IMG/VR virus record: IMGVR_UViG_3300027996_002186
Location: 248,001 to 312,000 of that record
Direction: 5' to 3' (one strand)
Length of the DNA: 64,000 bases
Part shown: in pieces, positions 46,772 to 56,328 of the stretch
Numbering within the stretch: the first letter of the stretch is position 1
How the letters are laid out: each line of letters begins with the position of its first letter
The notes under the pieces: model-generated
Database searches by the model: none
What the model was told of the DNA's origin: nothing
What the model saw: only the letters and a program-made list of their open reading frames with translations
Made by a program: the position numbers and the translations under genes

Positions 46772-47434
46772 ATGGAAAAAGAACTATTTATGTTTGATAT
46801 AGAAACAACAGGAGCTCACCCTGATTATGATACCTTTAAATTAGAAGATGAAAGGGGTGCTAAACTATTTGAATCAAAATATTCAAAATTCAAATGGGAA
46901 GAAAAATATGAGGACATAAACGATGCTTATGTTAATAATGCTGGTATCGTATCAACATTCGGTAAGATAGTTTGTATATCATTCGGATACATTAATAACT
47001 CAGGAGAAAAGAAAATATCATCATATTATGGTGATGATGAAAAAGATATTGTTAATTCATTTAATGAACTACTTAAAAAGATTGAGAAGAAAACATTTAA
47101 CATTTCTGGGTTTAGAATAAATCACTTTGATATTCCTTGGGTATTACACAAGTTACATAAATATAGTATAAAGCCAGCTAATATAATTTATATGTATGAT
47201 AAGAAGCCTTGGGATATGAGAGTTACTGATATGGCTGATGATTGGAAACAAAAGTTTGCTTGGGCTTTCTCATTCGATGAAATGTGTTATGAACTTGGTG
47301 TAGTATCTCCAAAAGAGAATATGAATGGTTCTGATGTACATCAAGTTTATTGGGATGGTGGTGTTGAGAAGGTTAAAGATTATTGTGAAAGAGATGTTAG
47401 TTCATCAATAGACGCTTCATTAAAAATATATTAA
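46772..47434 (+). CDS. DEDD 3'-5' exonuclease (PolB exonuclease-like)
   Basis: FDIET, GKIVCIS, GFRINHFDIP, YCERDV. Confidence 0.85.
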   Translation: MEKELFMFDIETTGAHPDYDTFKLEDERGAKLFESKYSKFKWEEKYEDINDAYVNNAGIVSTFGKIVCISFGYINNSGEKKISSYYGDDEKDIVNSFNELLKKIEKKTFNISGFRINHFDIPWVLHKLHKYSIKPANIIYMYDKKPWDMRVTDMADDWKQKFAWAFSFDEMCYELGVVSPKENMNGSDVHQVYWDGGVEKVKDYCERDVSSSIDASLKIY

Positions 47435-47675
47435 AATAACTCGCATGAAATTCGCTACAAAAGAAAAATATATGATATTGTATTAACACTACTTATTTGT
47501 GTATCATTTTGGATAGCTTTAGAGTGGATAACTCCTGGTGATATTGAAGAAAAAACAATCAATCTTTATATAATGTGTGTGTTCGTTAAGAAATTCAAAC
47601 TCAAAAAGTAGGTATATTAATATATTTTCCTTATATTTATTATTATTATTAATAACCACTTAAAACAAAAAGATT

Positions 47676-47861
47676 ATGGGAAGAATGAAAGATATATTTA
47701 TCGACTTACAAAATCAATATGGTGAGAACCTTGAAAGAGCTCCAGAAGATTTCTCTGTGGAGAATCATCTAAAAGAATTGGAGTCTGAATCTTTAGAAAG
47801 ATGGAAGAAACAATTAACTACTGATGAATTCAATGCGAAATTTCCCTATTACAATAAGTAA
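47676..47861 (+). CDS. Small hypothetical protein
   Basis: ORF followed by terminator. Confidence 0.6.
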   Translation: MGRMKDIFIDLQNQYGENLERAPEDFSVENHLKELESESLERWKKQLTTDEFNAKFPYYNK

Positions 47862-47882
47862 TAGTATAAAATATTAAGACAG

Positions 47883-47911
47883 ACCACCAATTTTTTATTG
47901 GTGGTTTTTTT
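47883..47911 (+). terminator. Intrinsic terminator
   Basis: ACCACCAAT...ATTGGTGGTTTTTTT. Confidence 0.75.
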
Positions 47912-47924
47912 ATATATAGTCTTA

Positions 47925-48629
47925 ATGAAATACCTAAACACATACGATAAATTATTTGAGGCTCATTGGAAAGATGATTTGATAAAGAGTGATAAACTTT
48001 CATTCCATAGAAAGGACTCTATCGAGGAAGTTTTCTATGAACTTATGGATAATGGTTATCTTGTACGTATCTCTCAAGAATTATATGATGATGAATTTAA
48101 TTACCCTGGTAAAAAGATAGATTTTTTATCTGATAATAAAAAATTGTATGAGGGTTATAAAATTGCTTTTAATAATAACTCAACACATGTAACGGATATA
48201 GATAAAATAATCGAAAATAAAGAAGAGGAAATTATTATACTTAAAAGATTAAAAGATATGGGTTTTGTTATGAGAGTTGTGATGAGCAGTCATCCCACAA
48301 TAAGTCTTTATCATAAAGATGATATAATATCAAAGAATTTATTTATTGTTACAGATAAGGATTTTAGTTTTTTTAAGAAGTTTAGAGGTAACCTTATAGA
48401 AGCTGAGGAAAAACTTACAAAGATATTTGGTAAAATAGCTTATGTTTTAAAGCTACAAAATGGTAATTTAATAATGAGATTAGATCCTCATAGTGGTGAT
48501 GATTATACACTTGATCAATTATATAAATTTACTAAAAAAGTTCTTATAAATGACGTATTCGTGGTTGATAAGATTATCTCTCTAAGAAGAAGTACTGAAC
48601 CAGATGCTTTAGAAATTTCTATTAGATAA
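47925..48629 (+). CDS. Putative internal head protein
   Basis: Start moved to MKYLNTYDKLFEA; TATATATA at 47911-47918. Confidence 0.65.
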   Translation: MKYLNTYDKLFEAHWKDDLIKSDKLSFHRKDSIEEVFYELMDNGYLVRISQELYDDEFNYPGKKIDFLSDNKKLYEGYKIAFNNNSTHVTDIDKIIENKEEEIIILKRLKDMGFVMRVVMSSHPTISLYHKDDIISKNLFIVTDKDFSFFKKFRGNLIEAEEKLTKIFGKIAYVLKLQNGNLIMRLDPHSGDDYTLDQLYKFTKKVLINDVFVVDKIISLRRSTEPDALEISIR

Positions 48630-49179
48630 TTTCTAATTCCCTAATAGACTCAATAGTATCACCAATAAATACGTCTTTATTATTAACACTTATATTAGAA
48701 AATTTAGCTTTTTCAATATCACCACTTATCACCATTTCCATTAATGCTAAATCATTATGATTACTAGACCATTTTTTAATCATTGATTTGGTTTCTATTA
48801 ATGATTCAATAGCATCTTCTTTGTTAGTAAATATTGCTAACTTATCAAGTAAGTGATCATTAAAGTATTTAGTATTCTTTCTATACAGAGAACTATAAGA
48901 TTTGTATTCTATTTTACCCCTTTTGTATCTAAATATACCTGAGACTATTGAATAGTAATTAAGATTTATTTTCTCAACCACTTTATAACCCTTGTATGAA
49001 TATAATTCTGTTTCTTCAAAGTCGCTATAGGTTGGTACAAACTTTTCAATCAATTGATTTGTTGCTTTATTTCTATACTCCTTATCCTCTTCTTTTTTCA
49101 TAGGAAAACCTTTGAATTTTTGTAATAAAATTTCTTCACTACTTAACTCCTTAATATACTCTATATAACTCTTAATCAT
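48622..49179 (-). CDS. Putative internal head protein
   Basis: MIKSYIEYIKE; AATATATA at 49184-49191. Confidence 0.65.
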   Translation of the reverse strand: MIKSYIEYIKELSSEEILLQKFKGFPMKKEEDKEYRNKATNQLIEKFVPTYSDFEETELYSYKGYKVVEKINLNYYSIVSGIFRYKRGKIEYKSYSSLYRKNTKYFNDHLLDKLAIFTNKEDAIESLIETKSMIKKWSSNHNDLALMEMVISGDIEKAKFSNISVNNKDVFIGDTIESIRELEII

Positions 49180-49285
49180 ATACTATATATTGAATTATAT
49201 AATTCAATTTTAACTTTTATAGTAAAAATTCTATCTATGAGGAAGTATATACTTGTATATATAAGTTAAATTAAAAATACTTATT

Positions 49286-49453
49286 ATGCCAGCTAAAGAT
49301 AAAATGTTTTCACTTAGAATTCCAGAAAAATTATTAGAAGATTATAGACAGTTCTGTGATGAGAACTCCATAAACATATCTAAAAGATTAAGAAAGTTTA
49401 TGGAAAGAGACTTAGATAGTTGGAGAGAAAGGAAAAAGAATTCCAATAATTAA
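49286..49453 (+). CDS. Ribbon-helix-helix (CopG/Arc-like) DNA-binding protein, 55 aa (missed by ORF track)
   Basis: MPAKDKMFSLRIPEKLLEDYRQFCDENSINISKRLRKFMERDL. Confidence 0.8.
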   Translation: MPAKDKMFSLRIPEKLLEDYRQFCDENSINISKRLRKFMERDLDSWRERKKNSNN

Positions 49454-49462
49454 TATATAGTT

Positions 49463-50545
49463 ATGATGAACCATATAAGAAATTTCGAGAATTATAAGAG
49501 AGCTAGAATTACAGAAAATAAATATAATTCTCAGGTATTATTATTACAAGGTGTTGAACTTAGTAATAATGATGAACAACTATTTAAGAATATATTGGAG
49601 AAAGTTTTAGATAATTATAAAAACGAATCTATAAGACAAGAGATTAAACAATATCTTACTAAATCAGAAATGCTTAATGAGGGATTCCTTAATGAGGGAT
49701 TTTTTGATAAATTAAAAGATAGATTTCCCAAGGCTGCTGAAATTTCTAAAATTCTTTCTGATAAAGCAGAATCTGCTTTAAGTAATATACTTAATAAAGT
49801 AAAAGATGCTGTTTCATTTGTTAAGAAAATTGGATCTGGTATAAAAGAATTATTTTTATCAGTTGTTGAGAAGAGTAAGGCATTCTTTATTGATCAAATA
49901 AAGAATGGTAAGTTAAAAGATAAAATAGCAGAACTCACAAAAAACAAAAAGGAAGGATTAATGTCTGATTTATCAACGGTTAAAGAAATTATAACTTTTT
50001 ATAAAACGAAATTTATGTCTAAATTATTGGGTAGTTGTGAAAAAAATATGGGTGATTTTTTATCAAAAGAACAAGATCCAATTGCTGAAGGAATGATAAA
50101 TGAGGAAAAAGGTAATGTTATATCAACACTTATACATGGTATTGAGAAGATACCACCATTTAATTTTTTACAACAAATTGCCAATACTGGTGAGGCCGGT
50201 GCTAATAAACTTATTAATGTTATTAGTAATGTCACTAATAAGTTAGGTGGTCCAAATTTTGCATTACCAGTTATCGGAATACTAATTGGTTTAACCATTG
50301 AATATGTTGTTAAAGATTTTGCTGGACATTGGTTGATAGATATTGCAGGAGATGCTACAGGACTTGGATTAGCAATAAAGGGTGTTAAAATATTAGCTAC
50401 TGTTATTGCATTTTTTGTTGCAATCGATGCTGTAACTGGTGGAAAAGCACTTGGTGGTGGAGAAGCGGTATCTGCTAAAACTGATAAATTAAATGATGAA
50501 AAAACTGATGTTGATCAAGAAGAAGAAGATAAAGAAGGTAAATAA
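49463..50545 (+). CDS. Putative internal head protein with C-terminal hydrophobic helices
   Basis: MMNHIRNFENY; several [ILM]-x-E sites (RITE, MLNEGFLNEG, MINE); hydrophobic 275-325; AATATATA at 49452-49459. Confidence 0.7.
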   Translation: MMNHIRNFENYKRARITENKYNSQVLLLQGVELSNNDEQLFKNILEKVLDNYKNESIRQEIKQYLTKSEMLNEGFLNEGFFDKLKDRFPKAAEISKILSDKAESALSNILNKVKDAVSFVKKIGSGIKELFLSVVEKSKAFFIDQIKNGKLKDKIAELTKNKKEGLMSDLSTVKEIITFYKTKFMSKLLGSCEKNMGDFLSKEQDPIAEGMINEEKGNVISTLIHGIEKIPPFNFLQQIANTGEAGANKLINVISNVTNKLGGPNFALPVIGILIGLTIEYVVKDFAGHWLIDIAGDATGLGLAIKGVKILATVIAFFVAIDAVTGGKALGGGEAVSAKTDKLNDEKTDVDQEEEDKEGK

Positions 50546-50620
50546 AATTAGTCACTCTTTTTAAGATCATCTGTTCACCAATTAGTGATTAATTTATTTG
50601 GAATAATATTAAAAAAATAT

Positions 50621-50628
50621 TATATTTG
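50621..50628 (+). promoter_or_regulatory. TAnnTTTG promoter element
   Basis: TATATTTG before gltX. Confidence 0.6.
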
Positions 50629-50659
50629 TAAGACTTATAAATAATTAAACATTCCCTAT

Positions 50660-52147
50660 ATGAAGAATATCATCACAAGGTTGGCGCCAAGTCCCACTTC
50701 AAATTTTTGTCATCTTGGAAATATCCGAACACTATTATATAACTACTTACTTGCTAAAAAGCATGGTGGTAAATTCCTTGTTAGACTAGAAGATACCGAT
50801 AGAGATAGATACACACCTGGATTTCTAAACTATTTCAGAGACACACTAGATTGGTTAGGAATTGTACCTGATTCTTCTTATTGGAATCCAGATACTTCAA
50901 TTGGATCATTCACACAATCAGAAAGAGATTATAGTGACAAAATCAATTATCTTATCGATAATGGTTATGCTTACTACGCTTTTGATACTAAAGACGATTT
51001 AGACAAAGCACATAAAAATATTCCGAATTTCAAATATGACGCGACTACTCGTATATCAATGAGAAATTCATTCACAATGTCAAAAGAGGATTTTGATAAA
51101 ACTATTAATGATAGAACACCTTATGTTATCAGGTTTGCTGTAACACCTGGAGTTGATATTACTTTCACTGATGCTATCTTAGGAGACATCACAATTAACA
51201 CTAATGTTGTTGATGATAAAGTGCTATTAAAGTCTAATGGTATTGGTTCTTATCACCTTTGTAATGTTAGTGACGACCACGATATGGGAGTAACTCACGT
51301 ACTTAGAGGACAAGAGTGGGTAAACTCAACACCTTTACACGTTTTACTTTACCAAGCTTTTGGTTGGGATGTGCCAACATTTGCACACTTACCACTAATT
51401 ATGAATCCTGATGGGAAAGGAAAATTATCTAAGAGAACATCTACTAGATATGGTATTCCAATCGCTCCACTTGGATATAATGATGGTGATGGTAACTACG
51501 TTAAGGGTTGGAAAGACTTAGGATATGATCCGAAATCATTTATGAATACATTAGCTCTAATTGGATGGAACCCTGGTAATGATGTTGAAATTATGTCAAT
51601 GGATGATATGATTAATAGTTTTACATTGGATAGAGTTCACAAATCAGGAGCTAGATTTGATATGGTTAAATCACAATGGATTAATTCACATTACTTGAAA
51701 CACACACCAAATTCTTGTTTACGTCCTTATATCACATTACCCGATGGTAGATATAATGTTGATAAAGTAGATATGATTATAACACTTGCTAAAGATAGAG
51801 TTGAATTCAAACAAGATTTGAATACGATTGTTGATTTATTCTTTGATAATCCAGTGATTACATCAACTAAGAAATTAGATAACAAATATAAATCTGCTAT
51901 GTCTGTTTTTGTTGATGAAATTGATTCAATTAGTTTTGATGATAACGATTCATTAAAAAAATCAATATTTGATATTTGCTCAAGTGTTGATGTTAAGATG
52001 GGTAAAGTGATGCCTGGATTAAGAATGGCTCTTATGGGTGGTGTCTCTGGTCCAGATTTAATAACAACGATGATAATTCTTGGTAAAGACCAAGTTAAAG
52101 ATAGAATTGCTAATTCGTTGATTTTTGAAAAAGCTATTTTATCATAA
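50660..52147 (+). CDS. gltX: Glutamyl-tRNA synthetase
   Basis: RLAPSPT..CHLGN (HIGH), RLEDTD, SYHL, DDHDMGVTHVLRGQEW, KLSKR, C-terminal anticodon domain LRMALMG..SGP. Confidence 0.95.
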   Translation: MKNIITRLAPSPTSNFCHLGNIRTLLYNYLLAKKHGGKFLVRLEDTDRDRYTPGFLNYFRDTLDWLGIVPDSSYWNPDTSIGSFTQSERDYSDKINYLIDNGYAYYAFDTKDDLDKAHKNIPNFKYDATTRISMRNSFTMSKEDFDKTINDRTPYVIRFAVTPGVDITFTDAILGDITINTNVVDDKVLLKSNGIGSYHLCNVSDDHDMGVTHVLRGQEWVNSTPLHVLLYQAFGWDVPTFAHLPLIMNPDGKGKLSKRTSTRYGIPIAPLGYNDGDGNYVKGWKDLGYDPKSFMNTLALIGWNPGNDVEIMSMDDMINSFTLDRVHKSGARFDMVKSQWINSHYLKHTPNSCLRPYITLPDGRYNVDKVDMIITLAKDRVEFKQDLNTIVDLFFDNPVITSTKKLDNKYKSAMSVFVDEIDSISFDDNDSLKKSIFDICSSVDVKMGKVMPGLRMALMGGVSGPDLITTMIILGKDQVKDRIANSLIFEKAILS

Positions 52148-52210
52148 AAAATTGTAAAGTTCTCTTATAGAACCTTTTATCATTTTAAACTATAATATAT
52201 ATTATATAAT

Positions 52211-52279
52211 GTAACTCGACCTGCCCATGGAAGATGGGGGTTTCGATTGGGGATTTCAATTGATTCTTCAAGTGAGTAT
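52211..52279 (+). promoter_or_regulatory. GC-rich structured 5' leader candidate
   Basis: TCG-ACC-tg-CCCAT-GGAAG-ATGGG-GGT-tt-CGA hairpin plus a weaker second hairpin, just after AATATATA (52194-52201). Confidence 0.35.
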
Positions 52280-52296
52280 AAAAAATAATCTAAACC

Positions 52297-52698
52297 ATGA
52301 AAAGTTTATTATTAATACTTGCCTTATTTATAGGATCATTTTCTTATTCACAAAGTGATAAAACCACTACAAAACTATCGTTTGATGAATGGATTAACAC
52401 AAAAAACAATATACCATCTGACATATTTGATGAAGAATGGTACGCATCATTAGATGAACCAATTAATTTCATAACTTATAGAAGAAGATGTGAAGTAACT
52501 ATACAATTTAGAATTTATAGAGGATTTGAAGAAACATATACCGTTGTTTTAACAAACAAAAATGGATTAGTAGTTTGGAAAGGTGAATTAAAACAAATTG
52601 ATGAGATCGATATTTCTTATTTATATAAAGGTATTTATACATTAACAGCTACCGATTCTGATGGTAATTCAATGGATAAAGAGGTTATTATTGGTTAG
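52297..52698 (+). CDS. Secreted protein with type IX secretion (T9SS type A) CTD-like C-terminus
   Basis: Signal peptide MKSLLLILALFIGSFSYS-Q; IDISYLYKGIYTL...KEVII. Confidence 0.6.
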   Translation: MKSLLLILALFIGSFSYSQSDKTTTKLSFDEWINTKNNIPSDIFDEEWYASLDEPINFITYRRRCEVTIQFRIYRGFEETYTVVLTNKNGLVVWKGELKQIDEIDISYLYKGIYTLTATDSDGNSMDKEVIIG

Positions 52699-52728
52699 TA
52701 TGTTTTTGTTTATATTTGATTAACCCAG

Positions 52729-54969
52729 TTATTCAAAGAGTGGGAATTTTGGAAGATACAATCTAGTAGTTGCGTTATCTGCAAATACTAAGTATTTAGA
52801 ATCGTCTCTAATAATATATTGATTTAATATCTTATTATGTACATTCTCTGGTATAACATCTAAGAACATTCTAATATTAGTAATCTTCATATCAGACGCT
52901 AATATCTCAGGATTGAAGTTTAATAATTCATATTCAATCGGTACTATTGTTTGAGTATCTTGATATAATTTTCTCAGAAGAGTATTTGGTAAACTAGGAG
53001 CATCTTCTTCAAAGTCAACATTTCTCTTATAAATATATTGTTCCATTTTTCTATTTCTCTGATCAATATTAAGAACATAACAGTGCCAAGTTTCCTCTTC
53101 TAATCCTGTTGGATCAGCACCAGTTGTATATGGTGTTAAGTTGAATACATACGTATCTGAGTTAAGTGTTATTGTTATTGTATCATTTAATAACTCAGCT
53201 TTCCAACCAAGTGAAGTCGTTGTATCATAATGAGTCATGAAATTATAAATTTCATCTTGTATGTAATTATTTATATTAAACCAAACTTGGAATCCAATAT
53301 TATCAGATACTTTGAAAATAGGATCAAGATTCTTATATGAAACAGCAGAGTTTCTATAATTGATAGATGATAAGTCATAATGAGCCTTAGCTATAATTGT
53401 TGAAGAATTCTCAACAAGTTCTTTATCTATTTGTGCGTTATATTCTAATCTAATTGGATCTCTTGTTAAAGGAGTAAATTGTTGCTTATTAGCAACTGCT
53501 GCTTTATCCTTAGTTTGTTCGATACCCATTAATTCATCAATTGTAGTATTCTTAGTAAGCTTATCAAGTTTATTTTGTATATCAATAGTACCAGCTTGGA
53601 TATTTGCTTTCTGAGTGTATTTTTTCAGAATCAATTTATAGTAAACTGCTGAGTTATTGAAATTTCTAAACTGTTGTGCGTGATCTACTTGATACATTCT
53701 ATTCACCTCACAGAAATAAAGAAAGTCTTCTTTAGATGGTCTCCTTTGAACACCAAAGATTTCCTTAAATTGTTGTTTGGTTATATGTGCTTCCATTGTT
53801 TCAAACAGATTCAAGTCAAATTGATTCATAACAATTTGACTATCCGGGAAATTATTACCTTCTATTGAAATTTTAATTTCTCCCTCACAAACAACATTAA
53901 ATAATTGATATTCATTTAATGTGTGATCTTGTCCTTTCTTATCAGGATCAGTAACAAAATAAAGAATCTTATGACCGAATACTTGTTCAGCATCTTTACT
54001 TAATTTTGTTAATAAATTAACAGCCGTATTTTGTTGATATGGGTTATATAAATTTGCCTTTTCTTGATCAGTCATAGGTGCGTTAACACCATCAACATCA
54101 CATTTATCACCTGCGCCAGAATTTAGATTCTCATTAGGTATGAAATTACCATCAGCATCAAATATTCCATTCATATTAGACAAACAACATTCTCTTATAC
54201 CAAATAAATTACTTTTTTTCGAATCATTTGTTACATTTTGAAAGTCACCGATTAAATTAATATCTTGTATAGTAACTAATTGACCAGAATTATTTGTAAT
54301 AGAATATTCGATTTGGAAAAACCTTATAGGATTTATATCAGTAGTTGATATATTTTCTTTTGTTAAAGGTTCCCAACTGGACCAAGTTCTTGAACTATCT
54401 TGTGAATATCTATATTCTAATGTTAAACCATCAGGTAACCCACTTTGGTGTGATATTGATATTATTTCTAAATCTGTTATTTTAAATATTTTAAAAATAA
54501 AAGGAGGTTTTATTATTTTTGTTTCACCAGTTGGTATAGAAACAATATCACTATTTTCAATAGGTCTTTCTAATTCACCTTGTAATTCATATTCTAATAT
54601 TCTAATATTATCTAATGTAGATATTCCTTCCCTAATCCATTTTATATCTACATATAATGGATCAAGTGAATCTATAACCGGAAAATTATCAATAAACCTT
54701 TTTAAAACTAACCACTCAGACCAAGATATACCATCTCTAGATACTCTATAATATTGTGATAAAAATCTTTCATCAGATAATCCTAAAGTATCATATTGAA
54801 ATTTGGTAAATTCAGTAACATTTTGTAAATTAGTAAAACTAATAACATACTCATCTCCTGGTTCATAAAAGTAAGGAGTGAAATCACTCGAACCAGTAGC
54901 CGCGTTTATATCGAATTTGTCGGAAATGGTAATAGTACCATCATTAAGGTTTGTAACTACATCATACAT
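52729..54969 (-). CDS. T4 gp14-like neck/head-closure protein with added N- and C-terminal beta domains
   Basis: LYNPY, FGHKILYF, RPSKEDFLYF, RMYQVD, YYKLILKKY parallel gp14; AATATATA at 54975-54982. Confidence 0.65.
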   Translation of the reverse strand: MYDVVTNLNDGTITISDKFDINAATGSSDFTPYFYEPGDEYVISFTNLQNVTEFTKFQYDTLGLSDERFLSQYYRVSRDGISWSEWLVLKRFIDNFPVIDSLDPLYVDIKWIREGISTLDNIRILEYELQGELERPIENSDIVSIPTGETKIIKPPFIFKIFKITDLEIISISHQSGLPDGLTLEYRYSQDSSRTWSSWEPLTKENISTTDINPIRFFQIEYSITNNSGQLVTIQDINLIGDFQNVTNDSKKSNLFGIRECCLSNMNGIFDADGNFIPNENLNSGAGDKCDVDGVNAPMTDQEKANLYNPYQQNTAVNLLTKLSKDAEQVFGHKILYFVTDPDKKGQDHTLNEYQLFNVVCEGEIKISIEGNNFPDSQIVMNQFDLNLFETMEAHITKQQFKEIFGVQRRPSKEDFLYFCEVNRMYQVDHAQQFRNFNNSAVYYKLILKKYTQKANIQAGTIDIQNKLDKLTKNTTIDELMGIEQTKDKAAVANKQQFTPLTRDPIRLEYNAQIDKELVENSSTIIAKAHYDLSSINYRNSAVSYKNLDPIFKVSDNIGFQVWFNINNYIQDEIYNFMTHYDTTTSLGWKAELLNDTITITLNSDTYVFNLTPYTTGADPTGLEEETWHCYVLNIDQRNRKMEQYIYKRNVDFEEDAPSLPNTLLRKLYQDTQTIVPIEYELLNFNPEILASDMKITNIRMFLDVIPENVHNKILNQYIIRDDSKYLVFADNATTRLYLPKFPLFE

Positions 54970-55040
54970 ATCCTTATATATTAAAAATATATTTTCGTTA
55001 ATTAATTTAGATATAATTTGGTAGAATGAATATAAATACC

Positions 55041-55048
55041 TATATTTG
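55041..55048 (+). promoter_or_regulatory. TAnnTTTG promoter element
   Basis: TATATTTG before M28-like gene. Confidence 0.6.
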
Positions 55049-55070
55049 TTAAAATTAATACATAATAAAA

Positions 55071-56258
55071 ATGGTTATGAACATAAAAGAAAAATTCTTA
55101 GAATTAACAAGCAGAACTTATCCTCACGGAACAGAGCAGGAATTATTTCACTTACTTCATGATGAATTACAACCAGATGAATTCGGTAATTTATTTATAA
55201 AAATTGGGGAAAGTGATGCAATGTTTACTTCACACTTAGACACAGCTACTTCTGCATTGAGTAAAATAACTCACGTTTTTGATAAAAATATTATTAAAAC
55301 TGATGGTAAATCCATCTTAGGAGCTGATGATAAAGCTGGTGTAACTATTATGCTTTATATGATTGAACAAAATATCCCTGGTTTATATTACTTTTTCCTT
55401 GGTGAAGAGGTTGGGTGTATCGGTTCTAAAAAAGTTGCTAATAAACTAAAAGATGAAAAAATAGAAGGAATTAATAAAGTTATTTCTTTCGATAGAAGAG
55501 GAACTACAAACGTAATCACACACCAAAGTTCACAAAGATGTGCATCTGATGCTTTTGGAGAAGCTTTAAGTAAACAATTTAATGAAGCTGACGAAACATT
55601 CGCATATGAAAATGACTCAACTGGTGTACTTACTGATTCTATTCAGTTTGTAAAAATATATCCTGAGTGTACTAACATTTCTGTTGGTTACCAAAGAGAA
55701 CACACTTTTTCTGAGTCTCAAGATATCGAACACTTAGATAAATTAGCGAAAGCTTGTTGTAAAGTTGATTGGAATTCACTACCAGTTGAAAGAGACCCAT
55801 CTACAACTGAATATAAAAGTTATGGTGGATATGGTGGATATGGTGGATGGGGTGATGATTACGACACTGGATATAGCAGACACAATAGATCTAATTGGGG
55901 AAGTTCTTTTAATAATACTCCAAAAAAAAACGTAAAAGTTTACGTTCACGATAAAACATTCAACTATGTTTCTTGTATCGAGGTACTTGCTGATACTAAT
56001 AAAGTTGTAAAAGTTGATTTATGTGAACAACGTATTGATTACGAAAAGAAAATCATTGATAATTTACTAAAGTCATTAGAATTGGATTATGAGTATATCA
56101 ATTGGGATGGAATGACTTTGGGTGTTGAGTATGGTGGAGAACACAGTTCAGATTGTGATAGAAACGACTTAATAGAATATTTACCAGAGTTTGACTATAC
56201 TAAACTTGAAGAAATCGGCGGAGAAGAAATAGTATTCACAGGAGATTTAGTTGATTAA
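55071..56258 (+). CDS. M20/M28-family metallopeptidase with C-terminal extension
   Basis: FTSHLDT, LGADDKAG, LGEEVG, SFDRRG, NISVGY..EHT. Confidence 0.8.
   Translation: MVMNIKEKFLELTSRTYPHGTEQELFHLLHDELQPDEFGNLFIKIGESDAMFTSHLDTATSALSKITHVFDKNIIKTDGKSILGADDKAGVTIMLYMIEQNIPGLYYFFLGEEVGCIGSKKVANKLKDEKIEGINKVISFDRRGTTNVITHQSSQRCASDAFGEALSKQFNEADETFAYENDSTGVLTDSIQFVKIYPECTNISVGYQREHTFSESQDIEHLDKLAKACCKVDWNSLPVERDPSTTEYKSYGGYGGYGGWGDDYDTGYSRHNRSNWGSSFNNTPKKNVKVYVHDKTFNYVSCIEVLADTNKVVKVDLCEQRIDYEKKIIDNLLKSLELDYEYINWDGMTLGVEYGGEHSSDCDRNDLIEYLPEFDYTKLEEIGGEEIVFTGDLVD
55821..55848 (+). repeat. 9 nt tandem repeat (TATGGTGGA x3) encoding YGG x3
   Basis: Direct reading. Confidence 0.85.
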
Positions 56259-56273
56259 AAATATATATAAAAT

Positions 56274-56307
56274 AAAAAAGAGTCGAGGTTTAATTCGACT
56301 CTTTTTT
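56274..56307. terminator. Bidirectional intrinsic terminator
   Basis: AAAAAAGAGTCGA...TCGACTCTTTTTT. Confidence 0.85.
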
Positions 56308-56328
56308 ATTTTATATATTATTTGTTTT

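Noticed and set aside
47435-47570. Hydrophobic open frame directly after the exonuclease stop (possible read-through or holin)
   Set aside because: Separated by TAA, no usable start codon, no supporting signal
52211-52279. Fluoride, c-di-GMP riboswitch or SRP RNA
   Set aside because: Only superficial GATGG/GGAA similarity; the conserved cores are absent
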